This document shows positions 51,757 through 62,962 of a DNA stretch of 64,000 bases, piece by piece. The notes beneath the pieces were generated by a model. The model was not told where the DNA came from and ran no database searches. It worked only from the letters and a program-made list of their open reading frames with translations. Positions within the stretch are counted from its first letter, which is position 1; every line of letters starts with the position of its first letter. Source of the DNA: an uncultured delta proteobacterium (lineage in GTDB: Bacteria > Desulfobacterota > Binatia > UBA9968); assembly GCA_963755715.1 (NCBI GenBank), contig CAVWLW010000004.1, positions 10,554 through 74,553 of the forward strand, read 5' to 3'. A program made the translations under genes and the position numbers.

Positions 51757-52278
51757 GTGGATATGGCGAATCGCGATAGAACACCGAATCCTTGCAAAGA
51801 ATTGGAAGAAGATCTCGTGCTGCTCCATTACAGCGACCTCGCCGGCGCCGAACGCCATGCGCTGCAAGATCATTTGGTAAGCTGCGCCGGCTGCACCGGT
51901 TATTTAAAAGAGCTGGCGACGCTTTTACCACTGACGGTTAAAGCGGACGAACCGTCACAAACTTTTTGGCACGATTACAGCCGCGAACTGCGCCACAAGA
52001 TCGATGCGGTGAGCGAAAAGCAGTCTTGGCGCCAGCGGCTCAGCGGCTTTTTTCACCCTTGGTCCATTCCCGCCCTCGCCGGCGCCGCGGTCGTCATGTT
52101 GGCACTGACGTTGACCTTCGGCAAAGGAATCTGGCAGAGCAATGATCTGCCGAAAGACGATGCCGCCATGATCGAGGCGCTCCCGGTAGCGGAAAATTTG
52201 GAATTTTTCAAAGCGATGGACGTGCTCGATGACCTGGATCTTTTGGAGTCCATGGGCAACCAGGGCGACGCCGCCTAG
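51757..52278 (+). CDS. Zinc-binding (zf-HC2) membrane anti-sigma factor
   Basis: HLVSCAGC (HxxxCxxC), TM, C-terminal ENLEFFKAMD. Confidence 0.85.
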   Translation: MDMANRDRTPNPCKELEEDLVLLHYSDLAGAERHALQDHLVSCAGCTGYLKELATLLPLTVKADEPSQTFWHDYSRELRHKIDAVSEKQSWRQRLSGFFHPWSIPALAGAAVVMLALTLTFGKGIWQSNDLPKDDAAMIEALPVAENLEFFKAMDVLDDLDLLESMGNQGDAA

Positions 52279-52295
52279 ACTGACCCGAGGACACA

Positions 52296-52541
52296 ATGCG
52301 GTTCTGCGCATGGGTGTTGGCTCTCACCCTAGGCATCTCAGCGGTCGGTTTTGCCGCGACCAAGGACTCAGAGCCGCCCGATCGTGAGATGTTAAAGATG
52401 ATGGAGCTCCTGCGCGAAATGGAAATGATCAAACAAATAGACATGCTGCAGGATATGCAACGTCTGGAAAATAGCGATCCGGTAAAAGACTCAGCGGCGC
52501 AGAAATCCGCTCCCGGCAAGAAAAAGGAGACGCCGAAGTGA
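52296..52541 (+). CDS. Small secreted Met-rich protein
   Basis: Signal peptide; EMLKMMELLREMEMIKQIDML; overlaps the next gene. Confidence 0.7.
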   Translation: MRFCAWVLALTLGISAVGFAATKDSEPPDREMLKMMELLREMEMIKQIDMLQDMQRLENSDPVKDSAAQKSAPGKKKETPK

Positions 52542-53188
52542 GGTCACTGAAAACTGCCGCAAGCTTTCTTTGGCTTTTGGCTCTCCTCATCGTGCCTGCG
52601 GCCTGGGCCCAGCCCGCGCCGCGCACCGAGACGTTGGCGCAAAACGACAATGACACGTTGGAACGCTGGCAGCGCATGACGCCCGAGCAGAAACAGGAGC
52701 TGCGTGACCGATTCCAGCGCTGGAAAAATCTCCCACCCAGTGAAAAGGAAGAACTGCAGCGGAAGTTTGACAATTGGCGCCGCTTGCCGCCGGAAGAGAA
52801 AGCCACGGCGCGGCGCAACTTCGAGCGTTGGCAAAAGTTACCGCCCGAACAGCGTGAGCGCCTGCAGGAACGCTGGCGCCAATGGCGCGAGCTGCCGCCG
52901 GAACGGCGCGAGGAGCTGCAGCGGCGATGGCAACGCATCGAGAATTTACCCCCCGAAAAGCGGGAGCAATTGCGGCAAAAGCTCCAAGAGTGGCAACGGC
53001 GCTCACCGGAAGAGAAGGCGCAGATACGGGAAAAGGCGCGGGAGCGCGTGGAACGACTATCCCCGGAAGAGAAACACGAGATAAGAGAAAAACTGCGGGA
53101 GATGAAGCAGCGCGGCACGATCGAAGAAAGAAAACAGTTTCGCGAACAGTTGCGCGAGAAGATGCAGCAGCGCAACGAAAAGGACTAG
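52538..53188 (+). CDS. DUF3106 repeat protein
   Basis: Signal peptide; 18-aa repeats W..LPPE.K/R..L... Confidence 0.85.
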   Translation: MRSLKTAASFLWLLALLIVPAAWAQPAPRTETLAQNDNDTLERWQRMTPEQKQELRDRFQRWKNLPPSEKEELQRKFDNWRRLPPEEKATARRNFERWQKLPPEQRERLQERWRQWRELPPERREELQRRWQRIENLPPEKREQLRQKLQEWQRRSPEEKAQIREKARERVERLSPEEKHEIREKLREMKQRGTIEERKQFREQLREKMQQRNEKD

Positions 53189-53191
53189 CCG

Positions 53192-54607
53192 ATGAACGCC
53201 TCACTCAGCGCCGAGCAAAAGGTCATTCATTTTTTGAATCGGACGAGCTTCGGACCGACGCGCGAATCGGTCGAAAGGATCAACCAACTCGGCTTCCGCG
53301 CCTATCTCGACGCGCAACTCGAGCCCGAGACAATTTCCGACAGCCTGGCCGAAGAGAAAACCGCCGGACTCAAAACCATGCGCCTCAATACCGGCGAGCT
53401 GTTCGATCTCTATCCGCCGCCGAAAGTCGCCAAAGAGCGCGGCATGATGGCCGGCGAAATGCAGGCCCAGGCGCCGCGTTTCATCATCCTCGAGCTTCAG
53501 CAAGCGCGGCTGTTGCGCGCCGTGCACAGCCAACGCCAACTCTACGAGTTGATGGTCGATTTCTGGAACAACCATTTCAATATTTTTGCCGCCAAGGGCG
53601 CCGACCGCTGGATGACGACTGCGTACGATCGCGACACGATCCGTCCGCGCGCGCTCGGCAAATTTCACGATCTCTTGCTGGCGACGGCGCAGAGCCCGGC
53701 CATGCTTTTTTATCTCGATAATTGGCTGAGCGTCAGTCCGAACGTAGCTCAGACGAGAATGCCGGCGAACGCGCGCCGCCGCGGCCTCAATGAAAACTAT
53801 GCGCGCGAGATCATGGAGCTCCACACCTTGGGCGTCGATGGCGGATACACGCAGCAAGACGTGCGTGAAGTCGCGCGCTGCTTCACCGGCTGGACCTTGC
53901 TGCGGCCGCGCGGCGATGCCGAGTTTCACTTCGAGCCGCGCCTGCACGACCAAGGCGCCAAAACGGTTTTGGGCACGCGCATCCCGGCCGGCGGCGGCAT
54001 CGATGACGGTATGAAAGTCATCGATCTTCTCGCGCGCCATCCCGCCACGGCGACGTTTATCGCGACCAAGCTGGCGCGCCGTTTCGTGAGCGACCAACCC
54101 CCCGCGGCTTTGGTCAATCGGGCCGCCGAGGCATTTCGCCGGAGCGACGGCGATATCCGGACCGTGGTTCGGACGATCGTCGAATCGCCGGAATTTTCTT
54201 CTCCCGAAGTTTATCAAGCCAAAGTGAAAAAACCGCTTGAGTTCGCCGCCAGCGCCTTGCGGGTCACCAACGCGGAGACGAAAGTCACGCTGCAACTATT
54301 GCGCTATCTCGGCCGCATGGGCGAGCCGCTGTTCTTGGCCCAGCCGCCGACCGGCTACCCGGACGTCGGCGCTTCTTGGATCAGCCCGGATATGTTGTTG
54401 ACGCGCATGAATTTCGCGGCCGATCTGGTCAGCAATCGCCTCGACGGCGCGCGCGTGCAGCCGAGCGCGCTGGGCGATACTCAAGCGTTCATACGCTTGA
54501 TCGCTCCGGACTCGCTTTCGCCGGCGACGCGCCAAGCGTTGGCCGAGACCGACGATCGACAAGCGGCGGCGTTACTGCTCGCCGCGCCGGAATTTCAAAG
54601 GAGGTAA
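53192..54607 (+). CDS. DUF1800 family protein
   Basis: QLYELMVDFWNNHFN, SPAMLFYLDN, NENYAREIMELHTLG, AR.FTGW, PEFQRR. Confidence 0.92.
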   Translation: MNASLSAEQKVIHFLNRTSFGPTRESVERINQLGFRAYLDAQLEPETISDSLAEEKTAGLKTMRLNTGELFDLYPPPKVAKERGMMAGEMQAQAPRFIILELQQARLLRAVHSQRQLYELMVDFWNNHFNIFAAKGADRWMTTAYDRDTIRPRALGKFHDLLLATAQSPAMLFYLDNWLSVSPNVAQTRMPANARRRGLNENYAREIMELHTLGVDGGYTQQDVREVARCFTGWTLLRPRGDAEFHFEPRLHDQGAKTVLGTRIPAGGGIDDGMKVIDLLARHPATATFIATKLARRFVSDQPPAALVNRAAEAFRRSDGDIRTVVRTIVESPEFSSPEVYQAKVKKPLEFAASALRVTNAETKVTLQLLRYLGRMGEPLFLAQPPTGYPDVGASWISPDMLLTRMNFAADLVSNRLDGARVQPSALGDTQAFIRLIAPDSLSPATRQALAETDDRQAAALLLAAPEFQRR

Positions 54608-54609
54608 TT

Positions 54610-55830
54610 ATGGATGGCTCGCGCCGTTCGTTTCTCAAATCCGCCGGGATGGGGTTTTTGGCATTTGGCTTGCCGCCGACGTTTCTCGTCCGCGCCGCGG
54701 GCGCCGAACAGGAGGGGCGCGGCAAAGTCCTGGTCGTGGTGTTTCAACGCGGCGGCATGGACGGGCTGAACGTCGTGATCCCGTTCAAAGACCGCGCCTA
54801 TTATGCGCTCAGGCCGAGCATCGCCGTCGCCGAGCCGGCGTCGGGCGAACAGCGCGCCATCGACCTCGACGGATTTTACGCGTTGCATCCTGCGCTCACG
54901 GGGCTAAAAAGCATTTACGACAAGAAACAATTGGCGATCATTCACGCCGCCGGCTCGCCGGACAACAGCCGCTCGCATTTCGATTCGCAGGATTACATGG
55001 AGCTCGGCACGCCGGGCATCAAAAGCACGCCGGATGGCTGGCTCAATCGATGTCTCGGTGAGAAACGCGGCGCCGATTCGCCCTTTCGCGGCCTCGCCGT
55101 CGGTCCGCAAACACCGCGCATGCTGGCCGGCGCGGCGCCGACATTGTCGATTTCGTCGATTGAAGAATTTCGCTTGCGCAATGCGGCGATGGCGCCGGCC
55201 TTGCAAAAACTTTATGCCAGTTCGACCGATCCATTGTTTCGCCGCGGCGGCAACAGTTTGTTCGACGCGATGGAAAAACTACGCGCCATCGAAGCCAAGA
55301 TACCGCCGAGCACGGCGAGCTATCCGGTGGGAAGATTGGGCGTGGGACTGAAGCAAATCGCCCGGCTGATCAAAGCCGATGTCGGACTCGAGATCGCCTT
55401 TGCTGAAATCGAGGGCTGGGACACCCATGTCGCCGAAGGCGGCGCCACCGGGCAATTGGCCAATCGCCTGAAAGAACTCGGCGACGGGCTTGCGGCGTTC
55501 TATCAAGATCTGGGCGATCGGATGGAGGACGTCGTTCTGGTAACCATGTCCGAGTTTGGCCGTACCGCGCGGGAAAACGGCAACCGCGGCACCGACCACG
55601 GTCACGGCAATGTCATGTTCGTGCTCGGCGGGCGCGTGCGCGGCGGCAAGGTCTACGGCCGCTGGCCGGGCCTTGCGCCCGAAGTCCTTTATGAGGGCAG
55701 AGACCTCGATTTGACCACGGACTACCGCACCGTGTGCGCCGAAGTCCTCGCGCGCCATATGGCGCAACGCGAGCTTGGCAAGATCTTTCCCAGTTTCCGC
55801 GCGCCGAGTTCGCTGGGGCTCGTAGTGTGA
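54610..55830 (+). CDS. DUF1501 family protein with Tat signal
   Basis: SRRSFLK, RGGMDGLN, RSHFDSQ, GWDTH, SEFGRT, GTDHG. Confidence 0.92.
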   Translation: MDGSRRSFLKSAGMGFLAFGLPPTFLVRAAGAEQEGRGKVLVVVFQRGGMDGLNVVIPFKDRAYYALRPSIAVAEPASGEQRAIDLDGFYALHPALTGLKSIYDKKQLAIIHAAGSPDNSRSHFDSQDYMELGTPGIKSTPDGWLNRCLGEKRGADSPFRGLAVGPQTPRMLAGAAPTLSISSIEEFRLRNAAMAPALQKLYASSTDPLFRRGGNSLFDAMEKLRAIEAKIPPSTASYPVGRLGVGLKQIARLIKADVGLEIAFAEIEGWDTHVAEGGATGQLANRLKELGDGLAAFYQDLGDRMEDVVLVTMSEFGRTARENGNRGTDHGHGNVMFVLGGRVRGGKVYGRWPGLAPEVLYEGRDLDLTTDYRTVCAEVLARHMAQRELGKIFPSFRAPSSLGLVV

Positions 55831-55850
55831 AGGCACGGGCTGTCGTGCCG

Positions 55851-57675
55851 TTAGGTACCCGGCGCCATCACCACTGAATCAGTCAGCTTACCGTCGCGTT
55901 CCTGAAAGCGATACTGCAAGTCGTACAAGCGCGCGTAGAGTCCGCCTTTCGCCAGCAATGCTTCGTGACCGCCTTCTTCCCAAATTTCGCCTTTATGAAT
56001 GACGAGAATGCGGTCCGCATGTTTGATCGTCGACAGCCGGTGCGCGATGATCAATGCCGTGCGGTTTTTGAGCAGCTCATCCAACGCTTCTTGAACCAAC
56101 GCCTCGGTGTGCGTGTCGACCGAACTGGTGGCTTCGTCGAGGACGAGAATTTTCGGGTCGAAGGCCAGCGCGCGGGCAAACGATAATAATTGGCGCTGCC
56201 CCTGCGACAGCGTCGAGCCGCGTTCTTGGACTTCCTCGTGATAGCGCCGCGGCAACTGCTCGATGAACGGCGCGATATGCGCGCGGCGCGCCGCTTCGCG
56301 CATTTGCGCCTCGCCGATGCGCGTGTCGCCAAGCGTGATGTTGGTCGCGATGTCGCCGGAAAAAAGAAACACGTCCTGCAAGACCAAACCCAAGTGGCGG
56401 CGCAGTTCCTGTTTGTTCCACTCGCGGATGTCGATGCCGTCGACGAGGATCGCGCCGCGCTCGACATCGTAAAAGCGGCAGAGCGCCGAAATGATCGATG
56501 TCTTGCCGCCGCCGGTGGCGCCGACAAGAGCGACTTTTTCGCCGGCGCGCACGCGAAAGGAAATATCTTTGAGCACCGGCTCATCGGCACGGTAGGAAAG
56601 CCAGACGTTTTTGAATTCGACCTCGCCGGCGAAACGTTCGACGGTTTTCGGACGAGCCGGATTTTTAAGGGTCTCCGGCGTATCGAGCAGCGCAAAGATT
56701 CTTTCCGCCGAAGCCATGGCCGCCTGCATGATGTTGTATTTCTCCGCCAGATCGCGGATCGGCTGATACATGCGCTGGATATACTGAATAAAGGCGACGA
56801 TCACGCCGGCCTGCACGGCGCTGGAAAGAATCTGTTGGCCGCCGTACCACAACAAAAGGCCGATGCTCAGCGCGCTGAATATTTCGATCACCGGAAAAAA
56901 TACCGCGTTGTAGCGGATGCTGCGCAGGAGCACGTCCCGGTAACTGAGGTTTACCTCTTGAAAACGCCGGTACATTTTTTCTTCTTGGGCGAAAGCTTGG
57001 ATGGTCGCCACCCCGGCGATGTTTTCCTGTAAACCGGCGTTGAGGCGGCCGAGTATCAAGCGGCTTTCGCGATACACCTCGCGGGCGCGCCGCCGGTAAA
57101 AACGGCTGACATAAAGGATCGCCGGGAAAGCGGCCAGGCAAACCAGCGCCAGTTTCCAGTCGAGCCATAACATGATCGCCGCGATGCCGAAGACCATCGA
57201 CACATCGCCCAAGAGTCCGACGACGCCGGTGCTGAATAGCTCATTGAGCGTCTCCACGTCATTGACCGTCCGCGTCATGAGCCGCCCGACCGCGTGGCGG
57301 TCGAAGTAAGCCATGTCCTGCTTTTGCAAGTGGGAAAAGATTTCCATGCGCAGGTCATGCATGGCGCGCTGGCCGGTGTATTGCGTGGTATAAGTTTGGA
57401 TGAACAGCACGACGAAACCGAAATAGCACTACGCCCAGATAAGCGAGCGCCATGACATCGAGCCCGTGGACGTCGCGCTCGGCGATGTAGCGGTCGATGG
57501 CGACCTTGGTGATATAGGGTCCGAGCAACTGGCCGCCCGTCTGCAAGAGCAAAAAAATGAACGAGACCGTAAGCAGCTTCCAGTAGGGCCGCAGATAGCG
57601 CAGGATCCGCGCCATCAGCCGGGCATCATAGGCTTTGCCGAGGATCTCGTCTTCGTGATGGATCTCTTCGATCAC
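55851..57675 (-). CDS. Heterodimeric ABC exporter subunit B (MdlB/YheH-like), frameshift at about 57420
   Basis: TMD plus NBD: [25 protein letters not shown] (consensus site). Confidence 0.9.
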
Positions 57676-59483
57676 GGGCGTCCTTCCGCGCGTCCCATGG
57701 ACTCGACTTCGCGCACCAGGCTCTGGCGCCGGTAAAGCTCGTAATAGGCGCCGCGCCGGTCAACGAGCTCGTCGTGCGTCCCCTGCTCGATAATCTCGCC
57801 TTCTTTCAAGTAGACGATCTGATCCGCGTCGCGCACCGTCGATATCCGATGCGAGATCAAGAGCGTCGTGCGCCCGCGCATGAACTGTGTTCAGTTCCCG
57901 CAGTATTTCGTCTTCGGTCTCGGCATCGACGCTCGAGAAAGCGTCATCGAGAATCAGGATCGGCGGATTTTTAATGATCGCGCGGGCCAACGCGGTGCGC
58001 TGCTTTTGTCCGCCGGACAAGCGCACGCCGCGCTCGCCGATCACGGTGTCAAAGCCGGCGCCGAACAATTGAATCGTCGGCAACAATTGCGCGATGCGCG
58101 TCGCCTCTTCGACCCGTTCGGCTTCGCCGTTCATCGCGCCGAAAAGAATGTTGTCGCGCACGGAGCCGAAAAAAAGAAAAATCTCCTGGGAAACATAGCC
58201 CACCGCTTCCTCCAAATGGCGGCGCGCCATTTGTTTAATATCGATGCCGTCGATAAAGACCGTCTGGTCCTCCGGCTCATAAAGCCGGAGCAACAAATTC
58301 ACCAGGGTGCTTTTGCCTGCCCCGGTCGCACCGACGATGCCGCAAACCGTGCCCGCTGGAATCTGCAGATCGATATTTTTCAACACCGGCCCGTGCTCGC
58401 CGTCATAGGCAAAAGTGAGATGGCGCAAGTCGATGGAGCCCCGGATCGGCTCGGCGTGCTGCGTGCGCAGATAAGGACTGGTAGCGCGGTGAAATCGGCG
58501 TGTCCAAGATTTCGGCGATGCGGCTGAGCGCCGCGGTGCCGCGCTGGTACTGGTTGGCCGTGTAGCCGATGGCCATCAGCGGCCACGTCAGCATAGCCAA
58601 GTATCCATTGAATGCGACGAACTCGCCCAAGGTCATCGTGCCCTGCAGTACTTGGCGTCCGCCAAGCCAGAGCACGACCGTCGCCGCTAACCCGGCCATC
58701 ACCTGCATCAGCGGCCAGAAGATCCCCCAGAGCGTCGTCAGCCACATGTTTTTGCTCCGGTAATCGGTGCTGATGGCGTCGAAGCCGTGAATCTGGTTTT
58801 GCTCTTGTGCGTATGCCTGCACGACACGGATACCGGAGAGATTTTCCAAAACGTAGGCGCTCAGAACACTGAGTTGCGCCTGGGTGTCGCGCGACCAGCG
58901 AAAAATTTGCCGGCCGAAAAAGCGCACGATGATCGGAATGAGCGGCAAAGCGAGCATCGACCACAGACAGAGCCAAGGATCGATCGTGATCATCAGCGTG
59001 AGACTGAAAAAAATCACCACGACGGCATCGACGATCGCCAGCGAGCCAAACCCCATCAGCTCACGCACGGCTTGAATGTCGTTGGTGAGTCGCGACATCA
59101 AATCGCCGATTTTAGCGTGCTGGAAATAACCGAGCGGCAGCTTTTGCAGATGGGTAAAAACCCGGTCGCGCAGATCGGCTTCGCAACGGCGTGAAAAGCC
59201 GTGGATGTTGATGCGCCAACAGTAACGAAAGAAACCCTGTAAAGCGGCGGCACCAAGGATCAACAGCGGATATTTGACCAGGGAGCGGGCCCCACCGGTC
59301 CAATGCAGCGCCGTATCGATGCCTCCTTTGATAAGCCAAGGCATGGCGATGCCGGCGAGATCGGTAGCGACGAGGGAGAGAACGCCAAGGATTAGAAAGC
59401 GTCGATAACGGTCAACGAGAAATTTTACGCGCTGATAATAGCGAAGAATCGCTCTGTCCTCTTGCCTGCGCTGGTGTTTTCAC
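57672..59483 (-). CDS. Heterodimeric ABC exporter subunit A (MdlA/YheI-like), several frameshifts; start uncertain
   Basis: [27 protein letters not shown], degenerate [14 protein letters not shown] spread across three ORFs. Confidence 0.85.
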
Positions 59484-59495
59484 CGAGCGCGATCG

Positions 59496-60947
59496 CTATT
59501 CTTTCGAAATCCCGTGGTCCCGGTAAACCTCGGCCCACTGCCCGGCCATGAGCTTTTCCATGACCGTGGGCAGCGACGTCAACGCAACCCGCACCTGTCC
59601 CATGGTGTCGCGGTCGCGAATCGTCACTTTATCGTCGGCCGCGGACTTGTCATCCCCGACGGTCTGCACGTCGACCGTGACGCAAAAGGGCGTACCGACT
59701 TCGTCCTGACGGCGATAGAGGCGGCCGATCGAAGCCGTATCGTCGTAAACCGAATGCCAACGCTTGCGCAGATCCACGCAAAGCTTCTGCGCGGTCTCGA
59801 CGATGCGCGAATTCTTTTTGAGCAGCGGCAACACGGCGATCTTGATCGGCGCAAGCTCGGGATGAAACTTCAGCACGACGCGTTTCTCGCCTTTGACCTC
59901 TTCTTCGTTGTAAGCATCCACCAAAAACGCCAGCGTGCCGCGATCCGCGCCGGCGGACGGCTCGATGACGTAGGGAACAATTTTTTGTTTGCTCTCCTCG
60001 TCGAAGTATTCGAGCGCCTTGCCGCTGAACTGCGTATGCTGTTTCAGATCGAAGTCGGTGCGGTTGGCGATCCCTTCGAGCTCGCTCCACCCCATCGGAA
60101 AAAGATACTCGATATCGGCGGTGCGCTTGGCGTAGTGCGCCAGCTCGTCCTTGTCGTGCTCGCGCAGACGGAGATTTTCCTGGCGTATGCCGTAGCGCGG
60201 ATACCAGGCGAAGCGCTCGTCGATCCAGCGCTGGTGCCATTCTTCATCGGTCCCCGGCATGACGAAAAACTCGATCTCCATCTGCTCGAACTCGCGCGTG
60301 CGGAACGTAAAATTACCCGGCGTGATCTCGTTGCGAAACGACTTGCCGATCTGAGCGATGCCGAAAGGCAGCTTCAGGCGCATGGACTGCAGCACATTGT
60401 CGAAGTTGACGAAAATTCCCTGCGCCGTCTCCGGGCGCAAATAAGTCACCGCCGCCTCGTCTTCCACCGGCCCCATGAAAGTCTTGAACATCAGATTGAA
60501 CTGCCGCGGCTCGGTGAGCTCGCCCTTGCCGCAAGCCGGGCAAAGCGTCCTTTTTTTGCCGCAGTGTTTGCACGCTTCGCCGCCCGGAATATTGAACTTG
60601 TTGCCCTTGGTCGCCTCGCAGAAATGAACCCAGACCTCCTCGTCGATTTTGTCCGCGCGAAAGCGCCGGTTGCATGCCCGGCAATCCACCATCGGATCGG
60701 TGAAGTGATCGAGATGGCCGCTCGCCTGCCACACGCGCGGATGCATCAGGATCGACGCATCCAGTCCCACCATGTCGGCGCGGTTCTGCACCGAATCACG
60801 CCACCAGACGCGCTTGACGTTATTCTTAAGCTCCACGCCCAGCGGCCCGTAATCCCAAACCGATCCCGTGCCACCATAAATCTCGCTCGACTGAAAAATA
60901 AACCCGCGCCGCTTACACAGCGACACGATCTTGTCCATGTCGACCAT
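59496..60947 (-). CDS. glyQS: Glycine--tRNA ligase, alpha2 type
   Basis: [53 protein letters not shown]. Confidence 0.96.
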   Translation of the reverse strand: MVDMDKIVSLCKRRGFIFQSSEIYGGTGSVWDYGPLGVELKNNVKRVWWRDSVQNRADMVGLDASILMHPRVWQASGHLDHFTDPMVDCRACNRRFRADKIDEEVWVHFCEATKGNKFNIPGGEACKHCGKKRTLCPACGKGELTEPRQFNLMFKTFMGPVEDEAAVTYLRPETAQGIFVNFDNVLQSMRLKLPFGIAQIGKSFRNEITPGNFTFRTREFEQMEIEFFVMPGTDEEWHQRWIDERFAWYPRYGIRQENLRLREHDKDELAHYAKRTADIEYLFPMGWSELEGIANRTDFDLKQHTQFSGKALEYFDEESKQKIVPYVIEPSAGADRGTLAFLVDAYNEEEVKGEKRVVLKFHPELAPIKIAVLPLLKKNSRIVETAQKLCVDLRKRWHSVYDDTASIGRLYRRQDEVGTPFCVTVDVQTVGDDKSAADDKVTIRDRDTMGQVRVALTSLPTVMEKLMAGQWAEVYRDHGISKE

Positions 60948-61011
60948 TGAAGAAGTCCTATCTAGAGGCGAATTTTAACAATGTAATGGATAGAGTCGGG
61001 CAGAGTCAAAA
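60676..61011. repeat. Direct repeat copy 1 (glyQS promoter plus first ~90 codons)
   Basis: Aligns end to end with 62528-62861, with scattered, largely third-position substitutions. Confidence 0.9.
60980..61009 (-). promoter_or_regulatory. Sigma70-type promoter of glyQS
   Basis: TTGACT-18-TACATT; both hexamers are conserved in copy 2 (62831-62859, 17-bp spacer) while the spacer diverges. Confidence 0.6.
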
Positions 61012-61058
61012 AGCAGAGGATCTAGACCGTGAAGAACCAGCATGGCAGTCGTGTCCGA

Positions 61059-62279
61059 TTACTGGGCGAGCCTAATCCGCTTGCAGCGAAAAATCTCCAC
61101 AGTGAGAATTACGTAGAGTAGAATGATAGGCAACGCCCCCCATCCAAACGCCCTGAATTTAATTAAGTATTGGGGTAGTAGAGGAAGGAAAAGAATTATC
61201 AAAAGAATGAAGAATGATTTGGATGAAAATCGACGGGGCACGGCGCCGGAACTTACGTAACGAAAGAACAGGATTAGCGAAAGTGCGAGGAGAAACAAGT
61301 CGTGGGCATAGAGGTGATAGCTGATTAGCACCGTCGTGACAAGAATCAGTGAAAACTTCAGATCAAACCCGGGATCGAGTACATCAAATTCTCGTCGACA
61401 AAGATATAGGCATAGCGCGTATATGCCGACCGAGATTGCAACCGTCATGGCACCAGTCAACCAGTCAAGATCGTCCCCCTGAAGCAGAACATGCATGAAC
61501 CCTCTAAGGTTTGGCATTAGAGCAGGGCGGACAACGAATGAATATCTGCCCATGGATCTTAAAATCGAAAGGAGATCAAACGCGCCCTGCCATCCAACCA
61601 TTGCAAGCGAGATAATGATGAGTATTGCGCCGGTGACGGCGAACATTGCTAAACTCTTCCAACGTCGTGCAACGAGAAAGACGCCGGCCAGAGGTAGTAC
61701 AAGCTGTGGCTTGTAAAGCCCAAGAGCCAAAAAAACCCCCCCCCAACCGTCTCGCCTTTGCTTCAAAGCAATAAATACAGCTAGTAAAAGCACCGTTGAC
61801 AGGATCGAATCCTGACCCAACCGCAATGCTTCCATCGTAGGAAACCAACTGAAGAGCGAAGCTCCAATAAAAACGCTACGGAGGGAATGAACATACGGCA
61901 GAAGCCATTGGAGCATGATGACCAGCAGCAATAAATTCACGCCCGACCAGATTGCGTGAGCTACGGGATAAGACAAATGAGCCAATGGCAAAAAAAGAAA
62001 TAGCTCGTAAGGCGCATGATTGAAAGGCAAGGGCCATTCTAACTGGGGGACATCAAATTTTGCTTGATACGCGTTTTGTGTTTCGACCTTAAATAGCTCC
62101 TTCGCTTTTCCGTCGTTAATGATCTGTGCACCAGTGTAGAAGATGATGAAATCACCGTACCCGGCGGCAATTTCCTCCCGACTCCCCCAAAGGATTGCGA
62201 CATGGAAGATCAAAGAGGCTGCAACGAGCGCGGTTAAGATCAATCTATAGAGTCGCGTTACCATGTTACTTGACGGCAC
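61059..62279 (-). CDS. GT-C glycosyltransferase family 87 (DUF2029)
   Basis: DFIIFYTGA, PFNHAPY, GQDS, KPQL, H...HD; polytopic; visibly AT-richer. Confidence 0.85.
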   Translation of the reverse strand: MPSSNMVTRLYRLILTALVAASLIFHVAILWGSREEIAAGYGDFIIFYTGAQIINDGKAKELFKVETQNAYQAKFDVPQLEWPLPFNHAPYELFLFLPLAHLSYPVAHAIWSGVNLLLLVIMLQWLLPYVHSLRSVFIGASLFSWFPTMEALRLGQDSILSTVLLLAVFIALKQRRDGWGGVFLALGLYKPQLVLPLAGVFLVARRWKSLAMFAVTGAILIIISLAMVGWQGAFDLLSILRSMGRYSFVVRPALMPNLRGFMHVLLQGDDLDWLTGAMTVAISVGIYALCLYLCRREFDVLDPGFDLKFSLILVTTVLISYHLYAHDLFLLALSLILFFRYVSSGAVPRRFSSKSFFILLIILFLPLLPQYLIKFRAFGWGALPIILLYVILTVEIFRCKRIRLAQ

Positions 62280-62493
62280 ACAGCTTCATTGCATCATCCT
62301 TTATTCTGAGCCCGCTACTCCTGGTGACCGATCCGATCAGATAATCGTGGACCTGGCTCAACGCACCATAGTCGGTCACAAACTCGATGTTGAGAACTGT
62401 ATACGAACAGTATAGGTAAAGGCGTTCGTCGGAACGTCGACAGTACTAGCGGCAAAAGCAGAGCTGCGACAAAAAATGGCCGGGCTTGGATTC

Positions 62494-62799
62494 TTAACAA
62501 GAGCGCGAGTGACCAACAGCAAATAGCGCCCGGCAATCGACCATCGGATCGGTGAAATGATCCAAATGACCGCTCGCCTTCCACACGCGCGGATGCATCA
62601 AGATCGCCGCATCCACCCCCACCATGTCGGCGCGGTTCTGCACGTTATCGCGCCACCAGGCGCGCTTGACGCTGTTCTTAAACTCCACTCCCAGCGGCCC
62701 GTAATCCCAACACGAACCCGTTCCGCCATAAATCTCGCTCGACTGAAAAATAAACCCGCGCCGCTTACACAGCGACACGGTCTTGTCCATGTACACCAT
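62494..62799 (-). pseudogene. glyQS: Truncated glyQS 5' fragment
   Basis: [16 protein letters not shown]...DPMVDCRA, then unrelated sequence and a stop. Confidence 0.88.
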
Positions 62800-62861
62800 T
62801 GGAAAGTCCTATCTAAAGGCGAATTTGAACAATGTAATGGATAGGTGGGGGAGAGTCAAAA
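62528..62861. repeat. Direct repeat copy 2
   Basis: See copy 1. Confidence 0.9.
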
Positions 62862-62962
62862 CGGCGCGCGACAAAGAACGAATGATGGAATGAGCGAGAT
62901 AACCCGCAGTTTTGATGGGCGCAAGCTCACGACCTAAATGGGTGAGCGACTTAGTGCGGGGC

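Noticed and set aside
52660-53170. 54-bp periodicity
   Set aside because: Coding repeats of DUF3106.
59514-60950. 478-aa antisense ORF over glyQS, and similar long shadow ORFs (53201-54295, 10841-11710, 3484-4296)
   Set aside because: Codon-registered antisense frames typical of high-GC genes; no recognisable motifs.
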